64,000 nt of DNA from an uncultured Acidobacteriaceae bacterium (GTDB lineage: Bacteria; Acidobacteriota; Terriglobia; Terriglobales; Acidobacteriaceae): positions 49,760 to 113,759 of the forward strand of contig CAVPWO010000003.1 in assembly GCA_963709305.1 (NCBI GenBank). The letters run 5' to 3'. The notes below the pieces were generated by a model that did not search any database, had not been told where the DNA came from, and worked only from the letters and a program-made list of their open reading frames with translations. Below, piece after piece: positions 26,874 through 36,084 of this stretch (the stretch's first letter is position 1; the number at the start of each line of letters is the position of its first letter). The translations under genes were made by a program, and so were the position numbers.

Positions 26874-27575
26874 ATGCCAAGTTCCGTTCCTCAAACCCTC
26901 CTCATCGACGCCGACGACACGCTCTGGGAGAACAATATTTATTTCGAGCGGGCCATCGCCCGCTTCATCTCATTTCTGAATCACCACGAATTTTCTCCCG
27001 AGCAGGTGCGCGAAGTGCTCAACGACGTGGAGCGCGACTGCATCCTGAAACATGGCTACGGCCTGCACAGCTTCGCCCACGCGCTGCTCGAGACTTTCGA
27101 GCGTTTGAGCGTCGTGCCGGTCACGCCCGAGTTGCACGCCCAGATTCACAGCTTGGCCCACACCATTGCCGACCAGCCACTCGAGCACTTGCCCGAGGTG
27201 CCGGAGACCCTGCAATATTTAAAGGAGCGCCATCGCTTGATCCTGATGACCAAGGGAGCGCTCGTGGAACAAAAAGGAAAAGTCGAGCGCTCCGGCCTGA
27301 AAGAATATTTCGCCGCGGTCGAAATTGTAGCCGAGAAGGATCCCGCGGCCTACGCCGAGGTTGTCGAAAAGTACGAGCTTGCGCACGACTCAACCTGGAT
27401 GGTCGGCAACAGCCCGAAATCCGACATCAATCCCGCCCTCGCCGCCGGGTTGAACGCCGTCTTCGTGCCGCACGGCAGCACCTGGATCCTCGAGCACGAG
27501 GAAGTCAATCCAGCACCCCCGCGACAGAAATTGCTCATCGTCGGCCGCTTCGCCGAACTGCGCGATCACTTCTAG
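26874..27575 (+). CDS. HAD-superfamily hydrolase
   Basis: LLIDADDTLWEN provides the DxD motif I. KG at motif III and a GNSPKSD-type motif IV are also present. The start is placed at MPSSVPQTLL. Confidence 0.8.
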   Translation: MPSSVPQTLLIDADDTLWENNIYFERAIARFISFLNHHEFSPEQVREVLNDVERDCILKHGYGLHSFAHALLETFERLSVVPVTPELHAQIHSLAHTIADQPLEHLPEVPETLQYLKERHRLILMTKGALVEQKGKVERSGLKEYFAAVEIVAEKDPAAYAEVVEKYELAHDSTWMVGNSPKSDINPALAAGLNAVFVPHGSTWILEHEEVNPAPPRQKLLIVGRFAELRDHF

Positions 27576-27577
27576 GC

Positions 27578-27658
27578 GAATCTTAACCACAGAGGACACA
27601 GAGGAACACAAGGGGAATAAAACCCCCGTGAAACTCTGGTCCTCTGTGGTTAAGATTC
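27578..27658. repeat. perfect 20-bp inverted repeat hairpin with internal 9-mer repeats
   Basis: gaatcttaaccacagaggac (27578-27597) pairs with gtcctctgtggttaagattc (27639-27658). The loop contains cacagagga x2 and a gggg-aataaaa-cccc mini-hairpin. It starts 3 nt after the HAD stop. Confidence 0.9.
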
Positions 27659-27756
27659 TGATCTTGCTGGAGAATCTCCGTCCCCGTAATTTTCTCCTCG
27701 CTACCACCGCATCAAACTAACCAACATAGGCCGATTTCCCGCATGCTACGCTGATC

Positions 27757-29049
27757 TTGCTCTGGGATCTGACTCCACCTCGCGTGGCGATTCAGACCAA
27801 CAATTTACGGCGGCTGTTGCACACGGTTGAGGCGCTCTCCGAGCTCGGCCCCGCGCTCACGGCGGAGCGCGATTTCTCGGAGACCTCGCGCCTCATGCTG
27901 TCTGCCATCACGGAAGCGGCGGGCGCGCGCGAAGGCGTGCTCCTTCTGTTCCATGACAAGCCCGCCATGCTGACCTCTGCCGCGTCCCTGGGATTCGCGC
28001 TCATGCCCGATCCCGCCTTCATTCCTCTCCTCCCCAAACATGTACATGCGCTCACGGCTGCGCGTGGTCCCATCGTTCTCAATTCGTCTACCTATCCCGA
28101 GTTTCTGAGTTCGAACGGCAACGTCGCGCCGGAACTGTTCAAATGCATCGCCCCGCTGAAAGCTGGAGGCCGCCTGGCGGGAGTCGTCGCTCTCGGTCGC
28201 CGCCCCGGCGACGCGCTCTATGAAGACAGCGAACTCGACGCTCTGCAACTGCTGTGCAGCTACGTCGCGCTGGCGGTTCAGAATCACGCTCTCACGCAAA
28301 GCATCGCGCAACGCGTCTCCGAAAATCTGCGCCTCATGGCCTCGCTGCACGGCTTCTACGACAACGCACTCGAAGCCTTTGCCACCGCCATCGACGTAAA
28401 ACACGTCAACATTCACGGACATTCCCTGCGCGTCGGGCGCTACGCCGCAGCGATCGGCGAAGCCATGGGTATGGAGCCCAGCGAAGTGGCGGCCGTGCGC
28501 AGCGCCGGATATCTGCACGACATCGGAAAAGTTGCCGTCGATCGCCGCCTCTTCGGCAAAGCCGGAGCGCTCGATCCCGAAGAGTTTCGCGAGATGGCCG
28601 ATCACACCGTTGTCGGCCACCAGATCGTCAGCAGCGTGCAATTTCCTTGGCCAAAGATTCCCGAAATTGTGCGCTGGCATCACGAACGCAGCGACGGCTC
28701 CGGCTATCCCGACAAACTCGCGCAAGACGACTTGCCCATGCCGGTGCGCGTCATCGGCCTCGCCGATTCCTTTGATGCTATGACCAGTTCGCGTCCCTAT
28801 CGCGCCCCGCTCTCGGTCGGCAGCGCCCTCAGCGAACTCGTCAGAATGGCGCCGGAAAAATATGATCCGAACGTGGTACAAGGCTTGCTGATTCAGGTAC
28901 GGCGCGACGCGGTAGGCAGCAGCCGAACCCCCTTGCTCGATACCATGACCGTGAACATCGCCGCCACCGACATCGATCATCTGGCCGCGACTCTGCAGCA
29001 CAAGGTGTCGCGCGGCAGAGTGTATTTGACGAAAGAGATCGGCTCCTAA
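27757..29049 (+). CDS. GAF-domain HD-GYP phosphodiesterase (c-di-GMP signalling)
   Basis: Contains HSLRVGRYA...YLHDIGKVAV...HHERSDGSGYP, which are HD and GYP signatures. Confidence 0.85.
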   Translation: MLWDLTPPRVAIQTNNLRRLLHTVEALSELGPALTAERDFSETSRLMLSAITEAAGAREGVLLLFHDKPAMLTSAASLGFALMPDPAFIPLLPKHVHALTAARGPIVLNSSTYPEFLSSNGNVAPELFKCIAPLKAGGRLAGVVALGRRPGDALYEDSELDALQLLCSYVALAVQNHALTQSIAQRVSENLRLMASLHGFYDNALEAFATAIDVKHVNIHGHSLRVGRYAAAIGEAMGMEPSEVAAVRSAGYLHDIGKVAVDRRLFGKAGALDPEEFREMADHTVVGHQIVSSVQFPWPKIPEIVRWHHERSDGSGYPDKLAQDDLPMPVRVIGLADSFDAMTSSRPYRAPLSVGSALSELVRMAPEKYDPNVVQGLLIQVRRDAVGSSRTPLLDTMTVNIAATDIDHLAATLQHKVSRGRVYLTKEIGS

Positions 29050-29165
29050 CGGCTGATAGACTCCTCACCCCAATCGGGTCCAGAGCGGGAAGCCGCTGAC
29101 TCGCACTCTCGAAAGTCGCTCGCAGAAGCAAGTCGCGGAATGGTAAACTGCGCGGAAGGCGGCCT

Positions 29166-29549
29166 ATGTCAATATGCCTCTTTCAAACCGTCCTAACCGT
29201 CGCCCTCCTGTTGCCATTCTCCAGCGTTCCCTTCGTCGCAACTCCGCGACAAAGTGTCAAGCAGGACCCAGCCTCCGTAACCATCAATCCGCCTGAGGCG
29301 ACTGTGCATGTGGGACAAACGCAGACGTTTGAAGCCGTCGTGAAAGGCACTCACAGCACTGGAATACAATGGGCAGTTGAAGAGCGCAACGGCGGGCGCA
29401 TCACCGAAGATGGAATTTACACAGCTCCCCGCCACCTGGGCCTTTATCACGTCATTGCGGCTAGTGAGGAAAATCCCGCCGCGAAAGCTGTCGCCAAAGT
29501 AACGGTAGTCACGGAGTATGACATCCCTGATTCGCAAAAGCTAAGGTAA
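29166..29549 (+). CDS. secreted bacterial Ig-like (Big_2-like) domain protein
   Basis: 127-aa ORF with a signal peptide and a VTINPPEATVHVGQTQTFEAVV...YTAP pattern. Confidence 0.6.
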   Translation: MSICLFQTVLTVALLLPFSSVPFVATPRQSVKQDPASVTINPPEATVHVGQTQTFEAVVKGTHSTGIQWAVEERNGGRITEDGIYTAPRHLGLYHVIAASEENPAAKAVAKVTVVTEYDIPDSQKLR

Positions 29550-29813
29550 GCTCGGAGGGAACAGGGCGAGCACGGGCCCTCCCGCCTGCCGGACAAACTC
29601 CGGTCATGCAACCGCGTAAATTCTCCTTTCTAGGCGATTCGCGTCCATGCGATAACAACAATCGGCAGAGTCGTAACAGGGGAAATTTCATCGGGGCACG
29701 TCGCCTACCTTGTCTTCCAATCACTAGGGGCCTATTCAGGAACCATCTCCGGCAGCAACTTTTTCCCCGCCAGGGGTTCATAATCAGGAGAACCGCTCCG
29801 CCGGGGAAACTTC

Positions 29814-31967
29814 ATGCCATCCAAGTCTCGGAAGCTGGCACTATCTCTCCTGTGTCTGAGCTTCGCCTGCGTCGTCCCGCAATTGCTAGCCAGGAAGAAA
29901 GAGAAAGCAACCGAGCCCGGTCCGAACGAGCAGAAGCGCGCCGTGCAAGCCCTCAATCGCCTCACCTTTGGGCCGCGCCCGGGTGATGTGCAGCAGGTTA
30001 TGGCGATGGGCGTCGACCGCTGGATCGATCTGCAATTGCATCCCGAGAAAATTCCAGATACTGCAATCGGTGCCCGCCTCGCTGAATTCCGCACCCTGCA
30101 CATGAGTTCGAAGGAGATCGCCGAGGAATTCCCCGACAACCAGATGGTCAAGCAAGTCATGGATGGCAAACGGCCACTGCCTTCCGATCCGGCGAAGCGC
30201 GCGGTGTTTCAGGTGCAGATGGCGCGCCTCGAAGAGAGAAAGGAAAAGAAGCAACGGAAGAATGAAAACGGAAAGGCGGAAGCTGTCGTTCCGGTTGCTT
30301 CTCAACCGTCTGCGTCCGACACCGCGAAGACGGCGGAAGAACTCGCAGCCGCGGCCGGTAGTGGAAATGCTACGCTGGGCGCACCGGCAGACAGCAACTC
30401 CATGAACTCAATGAGCATGAACTCAACGAGCGCGAGCTCAACCAGCTTGAACTCGATGAGGGAAGAGACGAGGCCCATGCCCGTGGACCCCGGCGAAGCC
30501 CGCCGCCGCGAAGATCGCCTCTACGCCGATCTAAAGGTTGCCAGTCTCGTCGATCTGCTCCCTGACCAGCGCTACAAGAAAGTGATGGCGATGTCGGCCG
30601 ACGAGCAACTCGCATTTGCCGATTCCCTGCGTGGCGGCGTCAAAGCGCAGGATTTCGTCGCGGGCATGAATCCGAAGCAGAAGGAAACGCTGCTCGCCAT
30701 GAACAATCCGCAGGCCGTGGTGGCCGATGAACTCGTGCAGGCCAAGCTGTTGCGCGCAATCTACAGCGACCGTCAGCTCGAAGAAGTGATGACCGATTTC
30801 TGGTTCAACCACTTCAACGTCTTCTCCGGCAAAGGCCCGGAGCGTCTGTTCCTCACCAACTACGAGCAGGAAGTAATCCGTCCACACGCATTCGGAAAAT
30901 TCGAAGACTTGCTAGTCGCCACGGCGAAGAGTCCTGCGATGTTGTTCTACCTGGACAACTGGTTGAGTGTGGGCCCGAACTCCATGCGCGCCCTCGGAAT
31001 TCCCGATCATCCGGCTCGTTATGGCCCGCGCCGCTTTCCGCCGCCCAATCCGAAAGCGAAGCGTAAAGCGAACAATGGCCTGAACGAAAACTACGGCCGC
31101 GAACTGCTGGAACTGCAAACCCTCAGCGTGAACGGAGGTTATTCGCAGCGCGACGTGACCGAGGTCGCCAAAGTCTTCACCGGATGGACAATTGAAAAAC
31201 CCAACGATGGCGGCGGCTTCAAATACGATCCGCGGATGCACGAACCCGGCCCCAAGTTGGTTTTGGGCCATCGCATCAAGCCTAAAAGCAACGGGGAAGA
31301 TGAGGGCAGGGAAGTCCTGCACCTGCTGGCGACTAGCCCGCAGACCGCGCATTTCATTTGCCTGAAACTTGCGCAACGTTTTGTTTCCGACGATCCGCCG
31401 CCGGCGCTGGTTGACCGCATGGCCAAGACTTTCGAGAAAAAGAAAGGGGACATTCGCGAAGTTCTCAGCACTCTTTTCCATTCCCCGGAATTCTGGACCG
31501 GCAGCGCCTATCGCGCCAAAATCAAAACGCCTCTCGAGTTTGTGGCCTCAGCCGTGCGAGCCACCGGCGCCGATGTGGACGACGCCCTTCCCCTCGCGCG
31601 TCAGATCGCCAACATAGGCATGCCGCTCTACGGAGCGCAGCCGCCGACGGGCTATTCCATGAAGGCCGAGACCTGGGTAAGTTCATCCGCCCTGCTGAAT
31701 CGCATGAACTTTGCGCTAGCTTTGACCGCCGGCAAAATCCGCGGCGTGAAAGTAGATACTTCGCGGCTGACTGGAACTTCGCCAACGCCGTCAGATCCGA
31801 CCCTGGCCCTGTCAACCATGGAAGCGAAACTCCTGGCCGCCGACGTGTCGAAGCAGACGCACGACTCGATCATGACGCAAATAGCGCCAGCGAAACCCAA
31901 CCGTCCGCCCGACGCAGGCACCATCGCCGGCCTTCTGCTAGGATCGCCGGAGTTTCAGCGGAGATAA
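29814..31967 (+). CDS. DUF1800 family protein
   Basis: 717-aa ORF with a signal peptide, a low-complexity S/N/M insert, the DFWFNHFNVF signature and C-terminal LLLGSPEFQRR. Confidence 0.85.
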   Translation: MPSKSRKLALSLLCLSFACVVPQLLARKKEKATEPGPNEQKRAVQALNRLTFGPRPGDVQQVMAMGVDRWIDLQLHPEKIPDTAIGARLAEFRTLHMSSKEIAEEFPDNQMVKQVMDGKRPLPSDPAKRAVFQVQMARLEERKEKKQRKNENGKAEAVVPVASQPSASDTAKTAEELAAAAGSGNATLGAPADSNSMNSMSMNSTSASSTSLNSMREETRPMPVDPGEARRREDRLYADLKVASLVDLLPDQRYKKVMAMSADEQLAFADSLRGGVKAQDFVAGMNPKQKETLLAMNNPQAVVADELVQAKLLRAIYSDRQLEEVMTDFWFNHFNVFSGKGPERLFLTNYEQEVIRPHAFGKFEDLLVATAKSPAMLFYLDNWLSVGPNSMRALGIPDHPARYGPRRFPPPNPKAKRKANNGLNENYGRELLELQTLSVNGGYSQRDVTEVAKVFTGWTIEKPNDGGGFKYDPRMHEPGPKLVLGHRIKPKSNGEDEGREVLHLLATSPQTAHFICLKLAQRFVSDDPPPALVDRMAKTFEKKKGDIREVLSTLFHSPEFWTGSAYRAKIKTPLEFVASAVRATGADVDDALPLARQIANIGMPLYGAQPPTGYSMKAETWVSSSALLNRMNFALALTAGKIRGVKVDTSRLTGTSPTPSDPTLALSTMEAKLLAADVSKQTHDSIMTQIAPAKPNRPPDAGTIAGLLLGSPEFQRR

Positions 31968-32048
31968 GATCGCCGTAGAGATGTAGCTTGCTACGTCTCT
32001 GGCGGCGGCAATGAAAGGTGTAGCAATCTACGTCTCACGAGGTTTGAA

Positions 32049-33293
32049 GTGACAATCACGCGACGGGTTTTTCTTCGCAACAGCGCTCTCGCCGTCGTCG
32101 GCACGGCTGCGGTCCCAAGCTTCCTGACCCGCGCTGCATTCGGCGCCATCGACGCGGGTACGGGCAACAAGCGTCTCGTCGTCATTTTTCAGCGCGGCGC
32201 TGCCGATGGATTGAACATCGTCGTCCCTCACGCCGAGCCGCAGTATTACGCCATGCGGCCAAGCATCAACATTCCTCGGAATGCCGTCCTCGATCTCGAC
32301 GGCCGCTTCGGGCTGCATCCCGCGCTGTCGGCGTTTCAGCCGCTGTGGCAGCAGGGACATCTGGCCGTCGTGCATGCCGCGGGGTCGCCCGACACCACGC
32401 GCTCGCACTTCGACGCCCAGGATTTCATGGAGAGCGGCACTCCCGGCGTGAAGGCCACCGACGATGGATGGCTTAACCGCTCGCTGCGCAATTTGCCGCC
32501 GGCTCAGCAGACTTCTCCGTTCCGCGCCATTTCTCTCGGCCCGTCGTTGCCGAGAATTCTAAGCGGCTCCGAGCCCGCGGTGGCAATGAATAACATCAAC
32601 GATTTCTCCGTGGGCGGAAGAAATCCCAAACCTTCCCCGGCCGCGCTCGCCTTTGAAGCCATGTACGACCACTCCTCCGACAGCGTGCTGCACGGCACCG
32701 GCGCGGAAACTTTCGACGCGGTAAAAATGCTGAAAGCCGCCGATCCCGGAAAGTACGCGCCCGCACCCGGCGCAAATTATCCCAAAGGCCGCTTCGCCGA
32801 CGGCCTGCGCCAACTCGCGCAACTGATCAAAGCCAATCTCGGCGTGCGGATCGCCTTTGCCGACATCGGGGGATGGGACCACCACGTCAACGAAGGCGCG
32901 ACCGAAGGCCAGCTGGCCAACGTACTGACGGATTTCTCGCAATCGCTCGCGGCATTCTGGACCGATCTCGGCGACCTGGGCGAAGACACCGTCGTCGTCA
33001 CCATGTCGGAGTTCGGCCGCACCGCGCGCGAAAACGGCAACCGCGGCACCGACCACGGCCACGCCAACGTGATGTTCGTCCTGGGTGGTCCGGTGAAAGG
33101 CGGCAAAGTCTACGGCCGCTGGCCCGGCCTCGATCAGTCCCAACTCTACGAAGGCCGCGACCTGGCCCTGACCACGGACTTCCGCCAGGTAATCGGAGAA
33201 GCCGTCGCCTGCCACATGGGGAACAAGAATCTGGCAGCAGTTTTTCCCGGCTTCGATAATCAGTCAGGAAAATTCCTGCGCTACCTCGGCTAA
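32049..33293 (+). CDS. DUF1501 family protein (sulfatase/phosphatase-like, Tat-exported)
   Basis: Twin-arginine signal (TRRVFLRNSALAVVG) and GGWDHH and SEFGRT motifs. Confidence 0.9.
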   Translation: MTITRRVFLRNSALAVVGTAAVPSFLTRAAFGAIDAGTGNKRLVVIFQRGAADGLNIVVPHAEPQYYAMRPSINIPRNAVLDLDGRFGLHPALSAFQPLWQQGHLAVVHAAGSPDTTRSHFDAQDFMESGTPGVKATDDGWLNRSLRNLPPAQQTSPFRAISLGPSLPRILSGSEPAVAMNNINDFSVGGRNPKPSPAALAFEAMYDHSSDSVLHGTGAETFDAVKMLKAADPGKYAPAPGANYPKGRFADGLRQLAQLIKANLGVRIAFADIGGWDHHVNEGATEGQLANVLTDFSQSLAAFWTDLGDLGEDTVVVTMSEFGRTARENGNRGTDHGHANVMFVLGGPVKGGKVYGRWPGLDQSQLYEGRDLALTTDFRQVIGEAVACHMGNKNLAAVFPGFDNQSGKFLRYLG

Positions 33294-33485
33294 CAGAATC
33301 GTGGAAGCGCCCGCTTTCAGAAGATTAGAAAGCTCCGCATCTGCGCTGTTTCGAAGAGCACGGCTTCAGAGCCTGCCGACACAATCCGATTGGTATCAGG
33401 GCAACGGTTTCAGCCGTGCCGTAAGCTGTGCAAAAGGAATGTTGGCTTTAGCCGCTGAGGGTGGCATCAAGCCGCAACTAACCCG

Positions 33486-34145
33486 TCAATTGAGGACGCC
33501 GCGTTGCCGCGTGTAGTCCACCCAGGCTTCAGCGGCAAGAAACGTCGTCGTGAACCCGAGCCAGAACGCGATTCCAAAGAACTCATGCGGCGTGAGCCGC
33601 CGGAATGCAAAGAACGTCCCAACGATGGGCCGTGTTGTAGCCACCCCCAGCCCGACGCCGAAGGCGCGAATCATCCACTCACGATGCCGCGCCACCTCCT
33701 TGCGCCGAATGTGCCGATAAGCCTTGATCAGACAATAAAGAAATACAATGGCGAACAGCGTAGTCGCCGCGGTTTCATTGGGTCCGCCGATGCTCATCGT
33801 GTAGCTCATGATCAGCGCTGACACTCCAATAATCAGTCCGCAGACCACCAGCACTCTTCCTATCCAGCGATGAAGTTGCAAGTGCCTTTGTCGCACGCTG
33901 GGCACGAACTGCAAGGGCGCGAGAATAAGAAATAGGCCGCCGGGAAGAATGTGTATCAAGGTCAACGCCATGTGCCGCGCGAATCCCGCGTCGAGGGCGG
34001 CAGCCGGCGAAGCGCTCCCACCGCCAAGCGAACCGGGCCTGAACAGAACCAGCGTGCGGCGAGTAACGGCGGCAACCCCGATCACAACCAGAAATATGAC
34101 TCCCGTCCAGAGGAAACGCGTCGTGCGTTTTGATACCGGCATCAA
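33486..34145 (-). CDS. DUF2306 membrane protein
   Basis: 219-aa multi-TM ORF with the HILPGGLFLILAPLQF...HRWIGRV signature. Confidence 0.7.
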   Translation of the reverse strand: MMPVSKRTTRFLWTGVIFLVVIGVAAVTRRTLVLFRPGSLGGGSASPAAALDAGFARHMALTLIHILPGGLFLILAPLQFVPSVRQRHLQLHRWIGRVLVVCGLIIGVSALIMSYTMSIGGPNETAATTLFAIVFLYCLIKAYRHIRRKEVARHREWMIRAFGVGLGVATTRPIVGTFFAFRRLTPHEFFGIAFWLGFTTTFLAAEAWVDYTRQRGVLN

Positions 34146-34151
34146 AAAATC

Positions 34152-34745
34152 CTAAACTTCGCTAGTTAACTCCACCTTGGATCTGTTTTGGGCGGGAAAG
34201 CGTTGACGAAGGGCAGCCACTACTGCCGCGTCCGCTCTAGCGGATATCATTTCCAAGGGCGAGAAACCTCGCCGCCGTGCCAACCACAGCGTGACCAACA
34301 ACAGCACAACAGTGATCGCCATATTGGGCCACGCGTTCAGTCCCCACTCCCCACGCCACGCGAGTTGCAGTGAAGAGGAGAACGGCTGCAGATAGGGAAT
34401 TGGCCACTGATAGCCCTCCGGCCCTCGGGAACCCAGTATGTCTTCGAGCAAATGCAAGTGGAAGCTCAACAGCGCGAACAGGCCGGTCGCCCACTTTCGT
34501 GTGGCGAGGGCAAACGCCAGTATGGCGACCACCAACGCGAACGTCAGACTGTGTAGTGCGTGGTGGTACAGCGTGAACCACAACAGCGGATGCGCCGAGT
34601 TTCGAGTGAGGACTTCAGGAATTATTCCCAGACCATCGACGTCGGGGACCACGCAGGCCAACGTCACCAGGGCCCGATCTCTTCGATTTAACCCGGCACA
34701 GTTTGCCAGGACCCATCCGGTGAAGAAGTGGGTGACGGGACTCAT
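34152..34745 (-). CDS. membrane-bound metal-dependent hydrolase (DUF457/YdjM-like)
   Basis: MSPVTHFFTGW...VPDVDGLG...YHHALHS...HLHLLEDIL shows the His/Asp motifs of DUF457. It overlaps the upstream Rieske gene by 4 nt. Confidence 0.75.
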   Translation of the reverse strand: MSPVTHFFTGWVLANCAGLNRRDRALVTLACVVPDVDGLGIIPEVLTRNSAHPLLWFTLYHHALHSLTFALVVAILAFALATRKWATGLFALLSFHLHLLEDILGSRGPEGYQWPIPYLQPFSSSLQLAWRGEWGLNAWPNMAITVVLLLVTLWLARRRGFSPLEMISARADAAVVAALRQRFPAQNRSKVELTSEV

Positions 34746-35065
34746 GGCGCTGATTCTGCTTCGATGTCAATCAGGACTTCGCCATTCTCGACCTTGATGG
34801 AGTAGGTTTTCAGCTTCTCATCAGGATGCCCATCGGCCACGCCAGTCTTCGGGTCCCATCGCCAGCCGTGCCAGGGGCAGACTACCCTGCCGTCTTCGAC
34901 CATTCCCTGTCCGAGCGAGCCGCCCTGATGCCGGCACTCGTTATCCATGGCGCTGAGCTTTCCCCAGATGTTGGCAATGCAGATCATTTTCCCATTGCAG
35001 GGAAAGTCTTGCGCTTCGTTGGTTTTGGGCAAATGAGCTTGAGGAATTATTTTGACGAAGGCCAT
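34742..35065 (-). CDS. Rieske [2Fe-2S] domain protein (ferredoxin-like)
   Basis: Carries CRHQGGSL...CPWHGWRW, i.e. the CxH...CxxH cluster ligands. Confidence 0.85.
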   Translation of the reverse strand: MAFVKIIPQAHLPKTNEAQDFPCNGKMICIANIWGKLSAMDNECRHQGGSLGQGMVEDGRVVCPWHGWRWDPKTGVADGHPDEKLKTYSIKVENGEVLIDIEAESAP

Positions 35066-35145
35066 GATCGATTCTGATTTATTTTAGCCTCTCGCGCGAC
35101 GACCGGCAGTGTACAGAAATGGTTCCTCCACTGGCGATGACTGGC

Positions 35146-35170
35146 GGACAGCCGAGGCGGCTGTCTCTAC
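35146..35170. repeat. dispersed hairpin element gacagccgaggcggctgtctctac, copy 1
   Basis: 23/24 identical (one indel) to 39382-39404. It forms a 7-bp stem. Confidence 0.75.
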
Positions 35171-35181
35171 CGAGCCGTTTC

Positions 35182-35220
35182 GCTGACAACGGATAGCTGA
35201 GAGCTGACAGCTCCACAGCT
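35182..35220. repeat. heptanucleotide word array (gctgaca acggata gctgaga gctgaca gctccac)
   Basis: Directly abuts the nuoB stop. Closely resembles the array at 37971-37998. Confidence 0.75.
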
Positions 35221-35779
35221 ACCTCGGTTGCATGGTTTGCGCGATCATCACCTGGCGCTTGAAATTTTCCACCATGTTGGGATCGAGCCGGACTTCTGTC
35301 GGCTTCCGGGCCAGCGTCATGGTGTCGATCTTGTCCTGCAACTTGAGCAGCGCGTAGAAAAGATTCTCGGGACGCGGCGGGCATCCAGTGACGTAAACAT
35401 CCGTGGGGACGATTTTGTCGACGCCCTGCAGCACCGCATAAGTATTGAACGGCCCGCCCACCGAAGAACACGCGCCCATGGAGATCACCCATTTCGGATC
35501 GGGCATCTGGTCGTAGATGCGCTTGACCACCGGCGCCATCTTCAGCGTGACCGTGCCCGCCACAATCATCAGGTCGCTCTGCCGCGGGCTGGGGCGGAAG
35601 ACCTCCGACCCGAAGCGCGCAATGTCGAAGCGCGACGTGGACGAGGCGATCATCTCAATCGCGCAGCAGGCCAACCCAAACGTCATCGGCCACACCGCCG
35701 ACTTGCGCGCCCAGTTGAAAACATAATCAACCGTGCTGATCATGAAATTCTTTTCAAACTTGTTCTGCAGCCAGCCCAT
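35219..35779 (-). CDS. nuoB: NADH-quinone oxidoreductase subunit B, stand-alone
   Basis: [17 protein letters not shown] and GCPPRPE supply all four N2-cluster cysteines. No nuoA, nuoC or nuoD gene is adjacent. Confidence 0.9.
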   Translation of the reverse strand: MGWLQNKFEKNFMISTVDYVFNWARKSAVWPMTFGLACCAIEMIASSTSRFDIARFGSEVFRPSPRQSDLMIVAGTVTLKMAPVVKRIYDQMPDPKWVISMGACSSVGGPFNTYAVLQGVDKIVPTDVYVTGCPPRPENLFYALLKLQDKIDTMTLARKPTEVRLDPNMVENFKRQVMIAQTMQPR

Positions 35780-36084
35780 TGGGATCGTCCCTCTCCGATT
35801 GCTACCGGAAGCGCTATACAGGCAGTCTAGGTAAGCACCGAAGCACTGTCAAACCTGTTTGGGGGTGAGAACAGGACGGGACGGAATATGCACCCCTTGA
35901 GCTCGGTAGCGGAGCTGTGTGGTCGACGGGGGCATTGGACTGCGGCGGGGTTGCGAATCGGTGGCGCGTCGATTCAGCTTGCTTATCGTGTTCGCTGCAG
36001 CTATGACCGTGTTGGCGAGTTCTTTCGACCGTATCCTGGACGACCGGTGACAACGGGGAGCTTTGTTTTCGCAAATCGAAGGGA

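Noticed and set aside
26747-27586. 279-aa alternative-frame ORF over the HAD hydrolase gene.
   Set aside because: It is Arg/Pro/Ala-rich and low-complexity. The overlapping frame (26874-27575) carries the HAD motifs.
33362-33453. Short motif GGYTTYAG(CC) recurring in spacers (16265, 16281, 33362, 33406, 33444, and reverse at 40503).
   Set aside because: An 8-mer with two degenerate positions is expected several times by chance in 64 kb on two strands. I cannot show significance without a genome-wide count.
35947-35960. tRNA T-arm-like string ggggttgcgaatcgg in the 305-nt spacer upstream of nuoB.
   Set aside because: It does not match GGTTCGAATCC, and no acceptor or anticodon stems can be drawn around it.
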